Part shown: one piece after another, positions 11,395 to 22,606 of the stretch | How the letters are laid out: each line of letters opens with the position of its first letter | Position numbering within the stretch: the first letter of the stretch is position 1 | From: Iphione sp. A-MEVVRFRX5 | Lineage: Eukaryota | Reading direction: 5' to 3' | Length of the DNA stretch: 64,000 nucleotides | NCBI GenBank assembly: GCA_976226885.1 | Contig: OZ320314.1 | Coordinates: forward strand, 51,274,001 to 51,338,000 | Notes under the pieces: model-generated | Told to the model about the DNA's origin: nothing | The model's database searches: none | What the model saw: the letters and a program-made list of their open reading frames with translations, nothing else | Made by a program: the position numbers and the translations under genes

Positions 11395-13101
11395 ATGACG
11401 GTTATGCACTTACTGTCGTGGCCAAATATAGCAGACAATGTTCTATCCGCTGACCGTTTTCTCTATTGCAGAGTCAGGGCGACTGGGCGCCCCAATCAAC
11501 TTGAGGCCAGGCTGCCACTACCAACGCACCTAAATCTTCAGGCGTGGTACGCCATGCTTGACCACCACGATTACCTAGATGAATTTTTGTACAAACAGTT
11601 AGTTTATGGATTCCCACTTGGGTATCAGGGAGGCCCCAACTTGTATGATTCGTGCCATAATTTTTTGTCCGCTACTAGCTATCTATCAGCCCTGCACGAA
11701 TATGTCAAAGTAGAATTGAGTTACAATGCCATTGCGGGCCCGTTCAAAACTCCACCATTTAGCGAATGGTATTCAGTAAGTCCGGTCATGACCCGTCCAA
11801 AGCATAATCCAAATGAGAGACGTATTATTATCGACCTGTCGTATAGCGGAGTAAATACGCATATTCCAACTGAAAACTATTTTTCGTCTTATGCGAAAGT
11901 ATCACTACCAACGACACATGATTTAGTGAGAATTATAGCTAATAATTCCCATTCATTGTATGTATGGTCCCTCGACATGAAAAGAGCATATCGACAGTTC
12001 GCAGTCGACCCGTTAGACTGGCCTCTGCTTTTGTTTCAGGTCGACGGCAGTTATTACTTTGACAAGAGGTTGCCCTTCGGGACACGGTATTCGTCATTGT
12101 ATGTTCAGTTACTAACACAGAGAATATTGTCGCATTTAAGAATGTCATTGCATATAGGTGGATTCGTATATTTGGACGATTTCATATTTTATGCCTATGG
12201 TTATCAGGAAGCGTGTCACGCGTTTAAGAAAACAATTGAGTTCATCCATTCTCTTGGTCTGGTTCTAGCGGATGACAAGGTGATCCCACCCACTAGAAAA
12301 ATAAAATGGTTGGGAATCATGTTTGATCTCGATGTTCCACGTATTTATATCCCACATGATAAGATCGAGCAAGCCCTCCAACAAGTAAGGCAGGCGTTAG
12401 ATCGCAAGCATGTTACCTTTCGGAAAATCCAGAAGCTACTGGGCACTTTGAACTTTGTCGCCCGTTGTGTAAGCCCAGCGCGTTTATTCGTGGGACGTTT
12501 GTTATATCAATATCGCCAGGACATTGCTGAAGATTCAACCCATTTTACTATGTCGTCTGAGACTAGAAAAGATTTGTTATGGTTCGTTCGTTTCCTCAAG
12601 AGGTATAATGGTATCACGCCCATTGTTACCACTGTGCCCCAGGTAGAACTCTTTTGTGACGCTTCCCTCAAAGCAGGGGGGGCATATACTGAGCATTTAT
12701 ATTACATGTATCAATTTACTCCTCGCACCCAGTCGTGTCACATTTCGCAACTAGAAGCAATCAACGTAGCGTTGGCCATTTTGTGCATAGGTATACGATA
12801 TCATTCTATTATTGTATACTGTGATAACCACGCGACAATTGATGCGTGTCAACTTGGTCGTGCAAAAGACCCGATCCTTCTCACAGTGGCCAGGGCTATT
12901 TGGTTCATGCAAGCACAATACAGTGTGCAGATATCATACAAACACGTCCCAGGCTGTGATATGTTTTATGCGGACGCATTGTCAAGACAAAACGGTCCAC
13001 CCAAATATAAAGTTGTTCTGAAACGATTTCTTAGGGAGTTTCCTAAGATATGTCAGGTCTTTCCGAAACATTCAGATGTTAATTATATTCTACAATTTTG
13101 A
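11395..13101 (+). CDS. ORF2 reverse transcriptase - RNase H (frame open from 11200)
   Basis: RRIIIDLS, SLDMKRAYRQ, RLPFG, YLDDF, WLGIMFD; RNase H motifs FCDAS, LEAINV, YCDN, ADALSR. No internal stops. Confidence 0.95.
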   Translation: MTVMHLLSWPNIADNVLSADRFLYCRVRATGRPNQLEARLPLPTHLNLQAWYAMLDHHDYLDEFLYKQLVYGFPLGYQGGPNLYDSCHNFLSATSYLSALHEYVKVELSYNAIAGPFKTPPFSEWYSVSPVMTRPKHNPNERRIIIDLSYSGVNTHIPTENYFSSYAKVSLPTTHDLVRIIANNSHSLYVWSLDMKRAYRQFAVDPLDWPLLLFQVDGSYYFDKRLPFGTRYSSLYVQLLTQRILSHLRMSLHIGGFVYLDDFIFYAYGYQEACHAFKKTIEFIHSLGLVLADDKVIPPTRKIKWLGIMFDLDVPRIYIPHDKIEQALQQVRQALDRKHVTFRKIQKLLGTLNFVARCVSPARLFVGRLLYQYRQDIAEDSTHFTMSSETRKDLLWFVRFLKRYNGITPIVTTVPQVELFCDASLKAGGAYTEHLYYMYQFTPRTQSCHISQLEAINVALAILCIGIRYHSIIVYCDNHATIDACQLGRAKDPILLTVARAIWFMQAQYSVQISYKHVPGCDMFYADALSRQNGPPKYKVVLKRFLREFPKICQVFPKHSDVNYILQF

Positions 13102-13125
13102 TTTCCAGATCCAAGGTTAGCTCAA

Positions 13126-14082
13126 TTGTCTCGCAAAGCAGCCGTCCGACAGGTGCAAGGCGTAACCCCAAGTACCCATAAAGCGAGACTTAGAATGTTT
13201 AAGCTCGCATTAGGTTTTTTCTCCCATTACAAGTTACCAATGGAACCTATAGTTCCAGATCACCTGTGTATATACATTGAATACTTAAGTCAATATTACA
13301 CGCCAGTGGTAGTTGAGCAACACATTTCCGCATTGCGGGTCATGATGAAGCTGGTCGACGACCCCATCAGTCTTCAAGCATGTAACAACATCAGGGTCAC
13401 CACCGCCATCGCAGCCGTCAGAAAAACGTCCACACATACCATCAAGAGGAAGAAGCCCATTACGTATGAACACTATAAGCGAATTATTGACTTTTGTAAA
13501 AAAATGGGCCCGGTCGCTGACGTCTTACGAGCCATCTTCGGCACGTTGCACTACTCCTTGCTGCGTCAATCCAATTTGTTTGTGAAATCGCTTGAAGAAT
13601 ATGATTGTACGAGGCAGGTCACCAGACAGGACCTGACATTTGGTAAACAGTCTACCTCGATTGTTATACGATGGTCTAAAACATTGAATATCAATACTAA
13701 GAAGGTGATCCACGTTCCTAGGTTGACAGAAACACAGTTTTGCCCAACGGCCATGTTGGAGAAAATGTATGCAGTTGATCCAACTAACGAGTGTCCTCAA
13801 CCGCTGTTTAGAGATCCAATCTTGAAGCGACCATTTCAGGTGCAAGCTGTGAGTGCTATCCTAAAAGTCATTAACAAAGCCTTAGGTTATGACCCAAAGG
13901 ATTTTTCGCTGCATAGTTTTAGGAGGGGAGGCGCCACACACTTACAGGAGTTAGGCGCCTCCCTAGAAGAAATTAAGGCGCAAGGCACCTGGACCTCTAC
14001 CCCAAGTGCACTTGTGTACACGTCAGCTGAGATAAGCTCACGGAAGGCCGCTGCACGTAGAAAACTGGCAGAGGCCTCGTAA
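13126..14082 (+). CDS. ORF3 tyrosine recombinase (frame open from 13102; no ATG near the 5' end)
   Basis: Catalytic set R (LLRQSNL), HSFRRGGA, W (GTW), Y (LVYT). Same frame as ORF2, separated by one TGA at 13099-13101. Confidence 0.93.
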   Translation: MSRKAAVRQVQGVTPSTHKARLRMFKLALGFFSHYKLPMEPIVPDHLCIYIEYLSQYYTPVVVEQHISALRVMMKLVDDPISLQACNNIRVTTAIAAVRKTSTHTIKRKKPITYEHYKRIIDFCKKMGPVADVLRAIFGTLHYSLLRQSNLFVKSLEEYDCTRQVTRQDLTFGKQSTSIVIRWSKTLNINTKKVIHVPRLTETQFCPTAMLEKMYAVDPTNECPQPLFRDPILKRPFQVQAVSAILKVINKALGYDPKDFSLHSFRRGGATHLQELGASLEEIKAQGTWTSTPSALVYTSAEISSRKAAARRKLAEAS

Positions 14083-14094
14083 ATTTGAGAGGGC

Positions 14095-14582
14095 GTTTGG
14101 CTTGTTATGTTATGAAAAATCCCCAGCGTCTGAGTATGTATTTCGCAGAACGCTTCCAGTGCTGTTATAATACACTGAGTTAATGCCAACCCCTCGTTGT
14201 CTTCTTTATTCACGGTGCGGCAATAGGTTCGCTACCAGAGACCTCTGGTAGCGTCTTATTGAGGTGTCAAGGTGTATAAATAGTCCTCGCGCAGCAGAAG
14301 CAAGCGCAGAGGGGTGGCCGCACCGTCCGGAACAACCACCGCCACCCCGCAGCATCACTAGATAGCATATTTGCTTATTAAGGTCTGTGGTATATAATTT
14401 ATGGTTCGATATGTCACGAGAAATTGTTCTACGATTGATTATGTATGTTGTGTTTGGCTTGTTATGTTATGAAAAATCCCCAGCGTCTGAGTATGTATTT
14501 CGCAGAACGCTTCCAGTGCTGTTATAATACACTGAGTTAATGCCAACCCCTCGTTGTCTTCTTTATTCACGGTGCGGCAATA
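14095..14582 (+). repeat. 3' repeat block B1-A2-spacer-B2
   Basis: B1 14095-14225 equals B2 14452-14582; B1 and A2 overlap at the TA dinucleotide 14224-14225. Confidence 0.95.
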
Positions 14583-14764
14583 TGGAGAATCCTGCATATG
14601 GTTCCTGTGCCCGGGTTCCTGTGGCATGGACCAATCACCTCACAGTAGAGGTATTGTGTGCATAGCCTGTTTTGTCACTTCTTTACAGAAATTTATGCCG
14701 TATCTCACAACGCAACATACATCACATTTCAACACATCTTTCTGACAAACATTCCCAGGAAACA

Positions 14765-16722
14765 TGACTGTAATGTCCGGACCTGTACTTGACTGGTACA
14801 GTTTACTGTATCGGTAATGGCCCAGTATAGGATATCAGTACCGGGCCAGTACAGATTTGCAAAGTGGCTGCCCAACAGGCTGATACCGGCTATCCAGTAC
14901 AAGTACAGTACAGGTCCAACATCGGCCCAGTACTGGAATATATATACTACAGGAACAGTACAGTTACACTAGTACTGGCCCAGTAACAGCAATTAATACA
15001 GGTACAGTACAGGCCTGGCACTGGCCCAATACTGGAATGTATTGTGGCGTGTGGGGATGTCTGAGTAGAGTGTGTGCGAGCATGGTTGTGCGGACGAGTG
15101 GGCGTGCCGTGTTGGTTGTGCGAGTATATCTGTGTGTGCAAGCTCCTCAGTGATGTTATATAAGGGTGAGCAGGAGATGGGGGATGGCTCAGTCTGGTTC
15201 TAGTTCTCATGGAATAAAGATCTATCATTCTTACCTCTGCGTTCCTGAGTCATGAGCTTAAGAAGCGGTCGTCAACGTAACAGTATACTATACAGACAGT
15301 ACAGCTAGTTCAGATCTAAAAACAATCAATCACTTAAAATTTTACTCAAGATTTTAAAGATCCCCTGCTTAAAATAGTGTGATAATATCCAAATCATTTC
15401 TGTGTAGATTCCTATTAAGCTTGCCATAATGCTGTTAATTTAAATATACTTAATACATGTACATGGAGAAAAAAAAATATAACTGTACTGTTCCTGTAGT
15501 ATATATTCCAGTGCAGGGCCAATAGCAGACAATGCACCTGTACAGGACTGCCAGTACCATGCCATTAGGCAGCTGATTTGCACTTCTGTATTGGCCTAGT
15601 ACATAGCCTATACTGGACCATTATCTTAACCGTTTACAGATCATGTAAAATGGATCTTTTTGAATAGGTAACTGTGGTTTGATATATTATGTTTAGCTGC
15701 AGGTGCTAATACAAGAGATGCTTCATAATGTTATATAGCATGTTAAAGCCCTTGAATTGCATGTTATTTTGAAAACATTCTATTTTGTTGGTTGCCATGG
15801 CAACAAGACAGGATTCAATGTATGATATAATTTAGGAAGTTTACATTTTATTTACCCTAATTTACATAACTGACAAGTAAACATTGAGAAATATTGTTCT
15901 TAGAAGAAAATGTTCAATTGAGAAAGTGTTCAGCAGTTGATTTCCAGTATTCTGATACCTAAATAATTTGTCTCTGCGAGTGATCTGGAACACATTTTGG
16001 CATGACTTGTAAGTATAAATGTCTCATGCAAAAATAGTGCATCACCATGTGCATTAGCATCACTGATGCAGGTTTGATGCATCATGGGATAGTTCTAAAG
16101 TGGATATCATTATAATTTATGGAAAAATATCAGCCACAAATAACTTCTTATGAAAGAAACTGTTATTTTTAAAGAAATGTTCTGGAGGAAAGTAAGACAG
16201 ACTATTATCTATCATATTTTAATTAAATTTTATAATTATGAAATAATACACAATATTTATATTAAGAAATGTATTATAATGTATATAATCATGGCTCTCA
16301 TTTGCATTATGTTTCTCAGTGAAGAATAAAGAAGTACTTCAGATTTACTCCTAAGATAAAGTCTTCAACACATCATCATGATCTGTAATTCTATACCAAT
16401 ATTTCATCATTTTAGATCATTTGTAAGGCTTATATCTATGAATCTATATGGAAATATATACAAATAAGTTAGATTTATGCTATCATGTCTGGTGATGTGA
16501 CTCATTTTCCATGGTAACCCGGTGTAATCTGCAAAATTTCAGGTGATACCAGATAGCTTACAACAGGGTCTTGTGTCATGCAAAAAAATCAAAGAAATCC
16601 ATCAAATGTCAATAATCTATCCTCTAGCATCAAAATTATCAATCTATATGGATCGATCTGCCCATTGGCGGTCTGGATAGGGTTAAACTGTACTGGTCCA
16701 GTACAGGTCCATTACAGTAATC
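14765..16722. mobile_element. Long-inverted-repeat (foldback/MITE-like) element with an interrupted right arm
   Basis: 14765-14966 is the reverse complement of 15481-15629 plus 16686-16722 (aactgtactgttcctgtagtatatattccagt matches over 32 bp); rich in ccagtac/gtactgg motifs. No TSD identified. Confidence 0.6.
15630..16682. mobile_element. TTAA-flanked piggyBac-like non-autonomous insertion
   Basis: TTAA at 15626-15629 and 16683-16686. Imperfect TIRs ccgtttacagatc / ccctatccagacc (9/13). Removing it roughly restores the host inverted arm. Confidence 0.6.
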
Positions 16723-17559
16723 TTTAGTGGGATTTCTCATCACAATTTATAAAGCCCCCTATTATCACCCACTACCATATTTCAAGAGTACCAGTACCAG
16801 TATTTTAAACCATTCTTCAAATATATTCAAATTAACCATGCCCTAGCAAATGTCCCAGTAAATCACTGATTACTCATGTTCAATATCACACAAACTTGTT
16901 GAGAAAAAAAACTATATTTACCTGTAAAATGCCAATTCTGTTGTCTTCTGTGCTACACCTCTCTGTTTTTGACTGATGATTTTTTATTTTTGAATTTTTA
17001 CCACTAGGTGGTAGGTATACTACTGGACAAGAATTCCAATACCAGACCAATACTGGGCCAGTACATCATTTAAATCATACAAAACACACAAGGTATTGGC
17101 TACTTTTGGCTGGGTAATGTCTATTATTTGCCATTACTGCCAGTACCTAACTGTACAAAATTGGTATTGGACCAATACAGGCATGTTTACTGGGAATATT
17201 TGGTCGCAAAAAGAAAAAGTACATCAACTTTCTTCCAGGCAGGCTAGTGACACTGGCCTGGCATAGTGACTAACATTTAACACATTATGTGCCCATTACT
17301 GACTGAGGACATCAAGCCAGGACTGAAGACATGGGCATAACCGATATAAATGATGAATAAAGGTAAATTGAACAAAGTATGTGTAAACAAATAAAGTGAC
17401 AGAAATGGGCAACAGGGGGGGGGACGGGTGGGGCCACGATTGACAGCTGTATTCAAAGTGAAGTGGGTTGGCATGCCTAGCCAACAGCTCACTACCAGTG
17501 GGGCCCTCTGTTTCCTCTGCTGAGAGATACAAAATTACTCCCTCTAGAGTAATACCTAC

Positions 17560-18595
17560 AAACTGCAATCTGCACTCAGGGGAGCTGCTCTAAAAGCTCT
17601 GGGGTCTGACCGGATTCCCAAGATGATCTTGGCAAAACTAAACCCAAGGAATTTGGCAGTGCTCAGAAACATCCTCAGTGAGGTCCTAAGACACTCCACA
17701 ATACCTGACTCCTGGAAAATGGGCACAATTGTACCCATTCCCAAATCAAATGGGAGTTAGCTCAGTGCTAGAGCACTGGTCCACTGATTGAGAGGTCGCA
17801 GGTTCAATCCCAGGCTTGGGACTCTTGATCATGACCAGACAGATTTACTGTAGCCGCAACCCAGAGTGGTCCACAACTCGTAAAAATTCTCAACAATAGA
17901 TGGTAGTATGTTACCCCAGGAGGATATGGAAGAGCTCTGTCCTGTGATCGAGAATATCTAGTTCCTGGTTAAAGATACAATGAAATGAAATGAAATGAAA
18001 TGGAGTGCAGAGACCCATCACCCTGCTGCAGACCATTGGAAAAGTCCTGGAGAAAATAATCTTCCAGAGGATCTGCCACACCATTCGGGTGTCAGACTAC
18101 TGCCCTGCAGAACATATATACGGGTTCACTCCCAGCCGAGCAACCTCACACTGCTGGAGCAGATACTCCTGGCAAAGCAGGCAGAGCACCAGTGCATCGT
18201 TGTGTTTCTGGACCTCGAGAAAGCCTTTGAGCTAGTGGATCACACAGTAGTGCTCACCTGCCTTGCTGAGAAAGGAGTAAAAGGAAAACTTCTCGCTTAT
18301 ACAGCTGAGTACTTCCAGGGGTGCACAGCCAACGTACCTTCCAGGGTAAAACATCTGCCCCTCACACCCTTCACAATGGAGTACCTCAGGGAGGAGTCCT
18401 TAGCAGGCTCCTGTTCAAGGCACCAGGGTGAGTGACAAGGCCTCCAGCCTAACTACGGAGCTGGCAGCCATATGCATAGCCCTAAAAATCCACCCCAAAA
18501 AGACGGTCTGCATACATACTGACTCCTACAATGGCATCCTGAGTATTCAAGATAAGGATGGTATAAACCCGCTGGCACGTGCCATCCAACCCTTG
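17560..18595 (+). pseudogene. Decayed I-group LINE fragment (RT + RNase H), frameshifted and internally deleted
   Basis: SWKMGTIVPIPKS-NGVQRPITLLQTIGKVLEKII, FLDLEKAFELVDH, GVPQGG-like segment, then RNase H TELAAICIALK...IHTDS. Confidence 0.85.
17754..18003 (+). mobile_element. tRNA-derived SINE with (TGAAA)n tail
   Basis: A box TAGCTCAGTGC at 17758, B box GGTTCAATCCC at 17801, tail (TGAAA)4 at 17981-18000. Its removal restores the RT frame PKS-NGVQRP; aaatgg is present at both ends. Confidence 0.88.
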
Positions 18596-19603
18596 CCCAC
18601 AGGGCATAAACCACATTCAATTCAATTCAATTCAGTAATACCTACAATAACTGAATAATCTTTAATATGTCATCTACACATGTGCCAACCTTTTACACTT
18701 TTTGAGTACTGGCCTGAGAAAGTACATCTGTCAAGTCTCTTCTCTCTGCCACATGCACAGTTTGTTGAAGGAGTGCTTTCCCCACCCTATGCACTGGTTG
18801 GCTATATCTAGGTCAATGGTAAACATGCCTAGTTGTAACGGGAGAGGTGATCAGTCCATTGATGGAACAGCAACCATGCATGATTTGATGTACCAACAAT
18901 GCCTGCTACTTTACATAGGTAATTAAAGGATATTCTGACATGGTTTAGGGCAATTTATTGCAGTATTCTAGTGAATTGTACTGGTGACATTTCAAAAATT
19001 ATTTAAATACGTGCACATTTTTACATCTCCCCTCAAACTGGAAGTGAAAAAAGTTTGCATATTAAACCAGAAATCAGAAATAAACACATTTCTTCAAAAA
19101 GAGAAATAATTTAAATGTTTTCAAATGGTCAGATACGTTGAATTGTAGTGGATTTCTGCAAAATACGATGTAATATTTTTTATATTACTGTAATTGACCA
19201 GAAAATACTTTTTCCAAAACAAAGGCACAAGACCTTTATTCCTGAAGTGATGTACATAACCTTTGTCCGTGCTTTTTGGAATTTTTTAATAAACATAAGT
19301 GCCTTTGGCGCGTGCACTCGTTGGTTAGAGCGTGTGTGTGTAGTGTGGTAGGGGAAGGGGTCAAAGTACAGATGCATCTGGCCTTTACAACCTCAGTTTT
19401 GCTTGACTGAACAGAGGTGGGTAGGAATACATCACTCTGTGTAGAAAGCAGGGCCACATATGTCACATACTTTTTAGTAATAAGCATTTTACATACAGAA
19501 AAGATGAATAATCATCCCTCTTTTGTCTTACAATATAATAATGGATGAACTACTAATAAAACTGATGTATTTTAGTAAAATCACACCAGATTGAGATGAC
19601 AGT

Positions 19604-19651
19604 CCCATGGCCGGACTACTTTCAGGCAACATTTTATATAGGTAGTGTAAC
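19604..19651. repeat. Dispersed ~48-bp repeat, second copy at 50612-50658
   Basis: cccatggccg(g/t)actactttcaggcaa(c/t)attttatataggtagtgtaac at both sites. Confidence 0.7.
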
Positions 19652-20852
19652 AACTCTTAAATGTACTAATTAAAAAAAATTCGTTTGTTTATGTTTTGAA
19701 AGAGGAGTGCAACACACAGCTTTGGTAATAGCAAAACATATATAAGCTACATGCGCTAAGCAGTTTCAGGGAGGGGAAATCCCCACCATTGACAGCCAGC
19801 CTGTTTCCTGTCTGAAATGTGGTCCCAAACTGAAAGATATACAGTAACTTCGACTAAAAAGCCTCAATTTTTCCCATGTAATGATCTTTTTACAAATTGG
19901 CAGCCTTGTAGTTGAAACATTGCTCATTTGTATAAAGTTTGAGGCAAATTTCTATCTTATATATTTCCATTTTTAAAAATACTTCAAAGATCTAATTAAT
20001 TAGCATTCAGTGAGAATATTAGATAACAGAAAAGTCCATATACTATGAGAAATCCTGAACTTTCAAGTTTAATTTGATGCATAACATGTATACATGTATT
20101 TTGTATATGAATTAGGTATGAGGGAAATTAAGTGAAAGTAGCTACCCCCCTTACATATCCTCTGTTCATAATCAGGCTCATTCTTTTGTATTCTAAGCTT
20201 AATATAGTTCATGAAAATACTTTTTGAATACTACCAATGAATTTGTCATATCTGAAAACCTTTGTGTATGAAGTTTCATAAGTAAGGAAAAGTTTTAGGA
20301 AAATCTATTATAGTACCACATTTTAGGCAGTTTTCTGCATTATTCCTATAGGACAATATTTTATCAAATTCTTCCCTTGTTGTGGCATGAAACATTGTAC
20401 AATTCAAGAACCACTTGTGCAATTTTAAAAATTCAAAAAGCAAAATGAAGGAGAAGATGTTCTCTATCTACTAGATACAGTGTTAATGGCTGGGTTCCTC
20501 CAACATCATAACTTCACCTTTTAAGAAATTTGGGATAGAGGCTGAAGACTGGGTCATCACCATGTCTACCAGAGGCCTCAGAGGGAAGGCTTGAGATAGA
20601 AGGCCAATTCCATTCTATGATTTAATTTCCATGCACCCATGTATCCATGTAGCTTTAAGCCCATGTAGCACCTTGAAAAGTTTGTTCCTTGTAATTCACC
20701 CAAACCACTGAACAACCACCCATATAGCTGTTTGAAGCATATTTTCTCCTTGCATGAATGTTGTTAGGCATAGGTTAAAAAAACATGCCACAAACATGGA
20801 TACTTGCCCATGGAAAATGCAACATGTGCCATTCCAAAAACATACTACACTG

Positions 20853-21133
20853 CAGGCCCGTAGCCAGGAGTTTCTGTGGGGGGTATCTTAAATTAGAGAG
20901 GCAGAACTCCTGGTTAGAGGGGTGGAACTCCTGGTTAGAGAGGTGGAACTCCTAGCAAGCAATCAACATGTTTTCTCTTTTTTTATCACATTTTTTCACT
21001 TTTTTACTTCTTATGGGCTTTTCTGGGGTGGACCTCCTGGTCTTCTGGAGCATTTTTCTTCTCAGGGTGGAACTCATGAGCCTTCTGGGGGGTATCGGCC
21101 GATACCCCCGATACCCCCTTGGCTACGGGCCTG
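20853..21133. mobile_element. MITE with CAGG termini and 5-bp TSD (hAT5-like), copy 1
   Basis: TIR caggcccgtagcca / tggctacgggcctg; cactg on both flanks; internal gtggaactc repeats. Confidence 0.75.
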
Positions 21134-22515
21134 CACTGAGACATAGAACATGTTATATGCAAAACAGGTACATGGATACACTCATGCTGTTATCCTGCAT
21201 TGCCCAAACCCACAGCGAAAGCGTTGACATGCTACACAGATACACGGGTGCATGTAAATCTAGCGCAAGTCATGACTGAGCCTAACTAAGGCTGATACTT
21301 AAGCAGGGAGCCACCACCTTAAGGCCCTGCGATGGGTGCACCGACAGAGGAAGGCAGGGAGGTATTTTCACTGCATGAGTGGGCACTGGCCCAATTATTA
21401 AGACTGCAGTCTACTCTACGAAAAGGGTTGTCGATATCTACCATGGAAGGGACATGCCAGGTCCTCCAACAAGGCTCTCAGGCATGCAAATCAATACTGA
21501 GCAGGATGTTACTTCGGACTTCCGGTGAACTTTCGGTCTCTGCAAGAGGACCATATATGGTATGGCGGACTTTCTTCGTTCCATCTCTTATTGTTTTTAT
21601 ACAAATTAGATGTTAAAATATACCTACAACGCCGGCACCAGGTGAGGCATGCTGACCCTGATGCCAGGGTTATGAGGATACCCACATCTTCAAGTAAACT
21701 TGTAATAGAAAATTAGTATAATAAAGGGTAAAATTATTTTTAAAAATCATAAATGAATATCTATTTCCATATATGTTTCACCCTTTCCATTCAGAACCTA
21801 AACATTTTAAGAGAATGTGACCAATAATCACTCACACAGAATGGCAATATTCTATGTATCCTCAGGGAAATACTCAAATACCTAATGGATGGATCCTCAG
21901 GAATACATCCCGGCAGGAGTGGTGTATCCCTAGGGATACATGCCAGCATCATTGGGCTAAGAATGCCGAACAGAACCTAAGCCGGGCTCTGCATCAAAGA
22001 AACTTTCATATCTTTAGGGACAAGTTATCTCTAGGGAATAAATAGTTTTGGCACGAAGAGCAGAAAGGGGCTTGGTAGAGCAACCAGTAGTGGACAGGGG
22101 GTATAACTGGTAGGTGGGGTGAGGTGTTGACTATAAAAGTGAATTGAGTTGAAATCCATGATCACTTGTTGCATGCTCATTCTGGAATAGATTTTGACCA
22201 CATTTGGAGTTGGTCTTGTCTTATGGGGAAGCCAACTAGATACATTGTTGGAGTCTGCATTTGGGGATCGATATCATAGTGTAAAGTGGGCAGAGAGTGA
22301 AGGGATCTCATGACAAGGCAGGGGGATTGGTGGACATAGGTTGGGTGGAGGCATTTTTGCACAGTGGCACTTTACACAGGTTGGGCCACAAAAAACGGGG
22401 GTCGGTTAGAAGGTTTGTTAATTGTGTTGCTGCCGTTGTGAAATAAAATTTAAAGTTCAACCTCTGGAGGTGTCATCATTATAGCTGAGGCCAACAATAT
22501 ACATTTGTGTACATG

Positions 22516-22606
22516 TGCATTGGAGACCCTATTTGAGACCACCACTCCGGACCAAGCTCAAGTGGTCTCATCGACAAATTTGGTCTCAAATAGGGGATCA
22601 ACTGTA
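22516..22606. mobile_element. Small Tc1/mariner-type MITE remnant
   Basis: Perfect 15-bp inverted repeat ccctatttgagacca / tggtctcaaataggg; right end gatcaactgTA, left end degenerate. Confidence 0.6.

Larger units (their letters stand above)
10272..14582 (+). mobile_element. Full-length Ngaro-like (DIRS order) tyrosine-recombinase retrotransposon with split direct repeats
   Basis: Layout is A1 10272-10384, gag, RT-RNase H, YR, B1 14095-14225, A2 14224-14336, 115-bp spacer, B2 14452-14582. A1=A2 (113 bp) and B1=B2 (131 bp) are identical. There is no TSD. RT motif YLDDF and no methyltransferase domain fit Ngaro rather than DIRS1. Confidence 0.93.

Noticed and set aside
10418-11409. Antisense ORFs over the Ngaro gag, and similar ones over EPG5 exon 2 and LINE ORF2
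   Set aside because: Shadow frames of real ORFs with no motifs.
14095-14582. Direct repeats read as LTRs or a CRISPR array
   Set aside because: The order A..BA..B with a YR ORF and no TSD defines split direct repeats; there are no cas genes and no repeat-spacer periodicity.
17754-17830. Functional tRNA gene
   Set aside because: A and B boxes are present, but there is no proper acceptor stem and the sequence continues into a SINE body and repeat tail.
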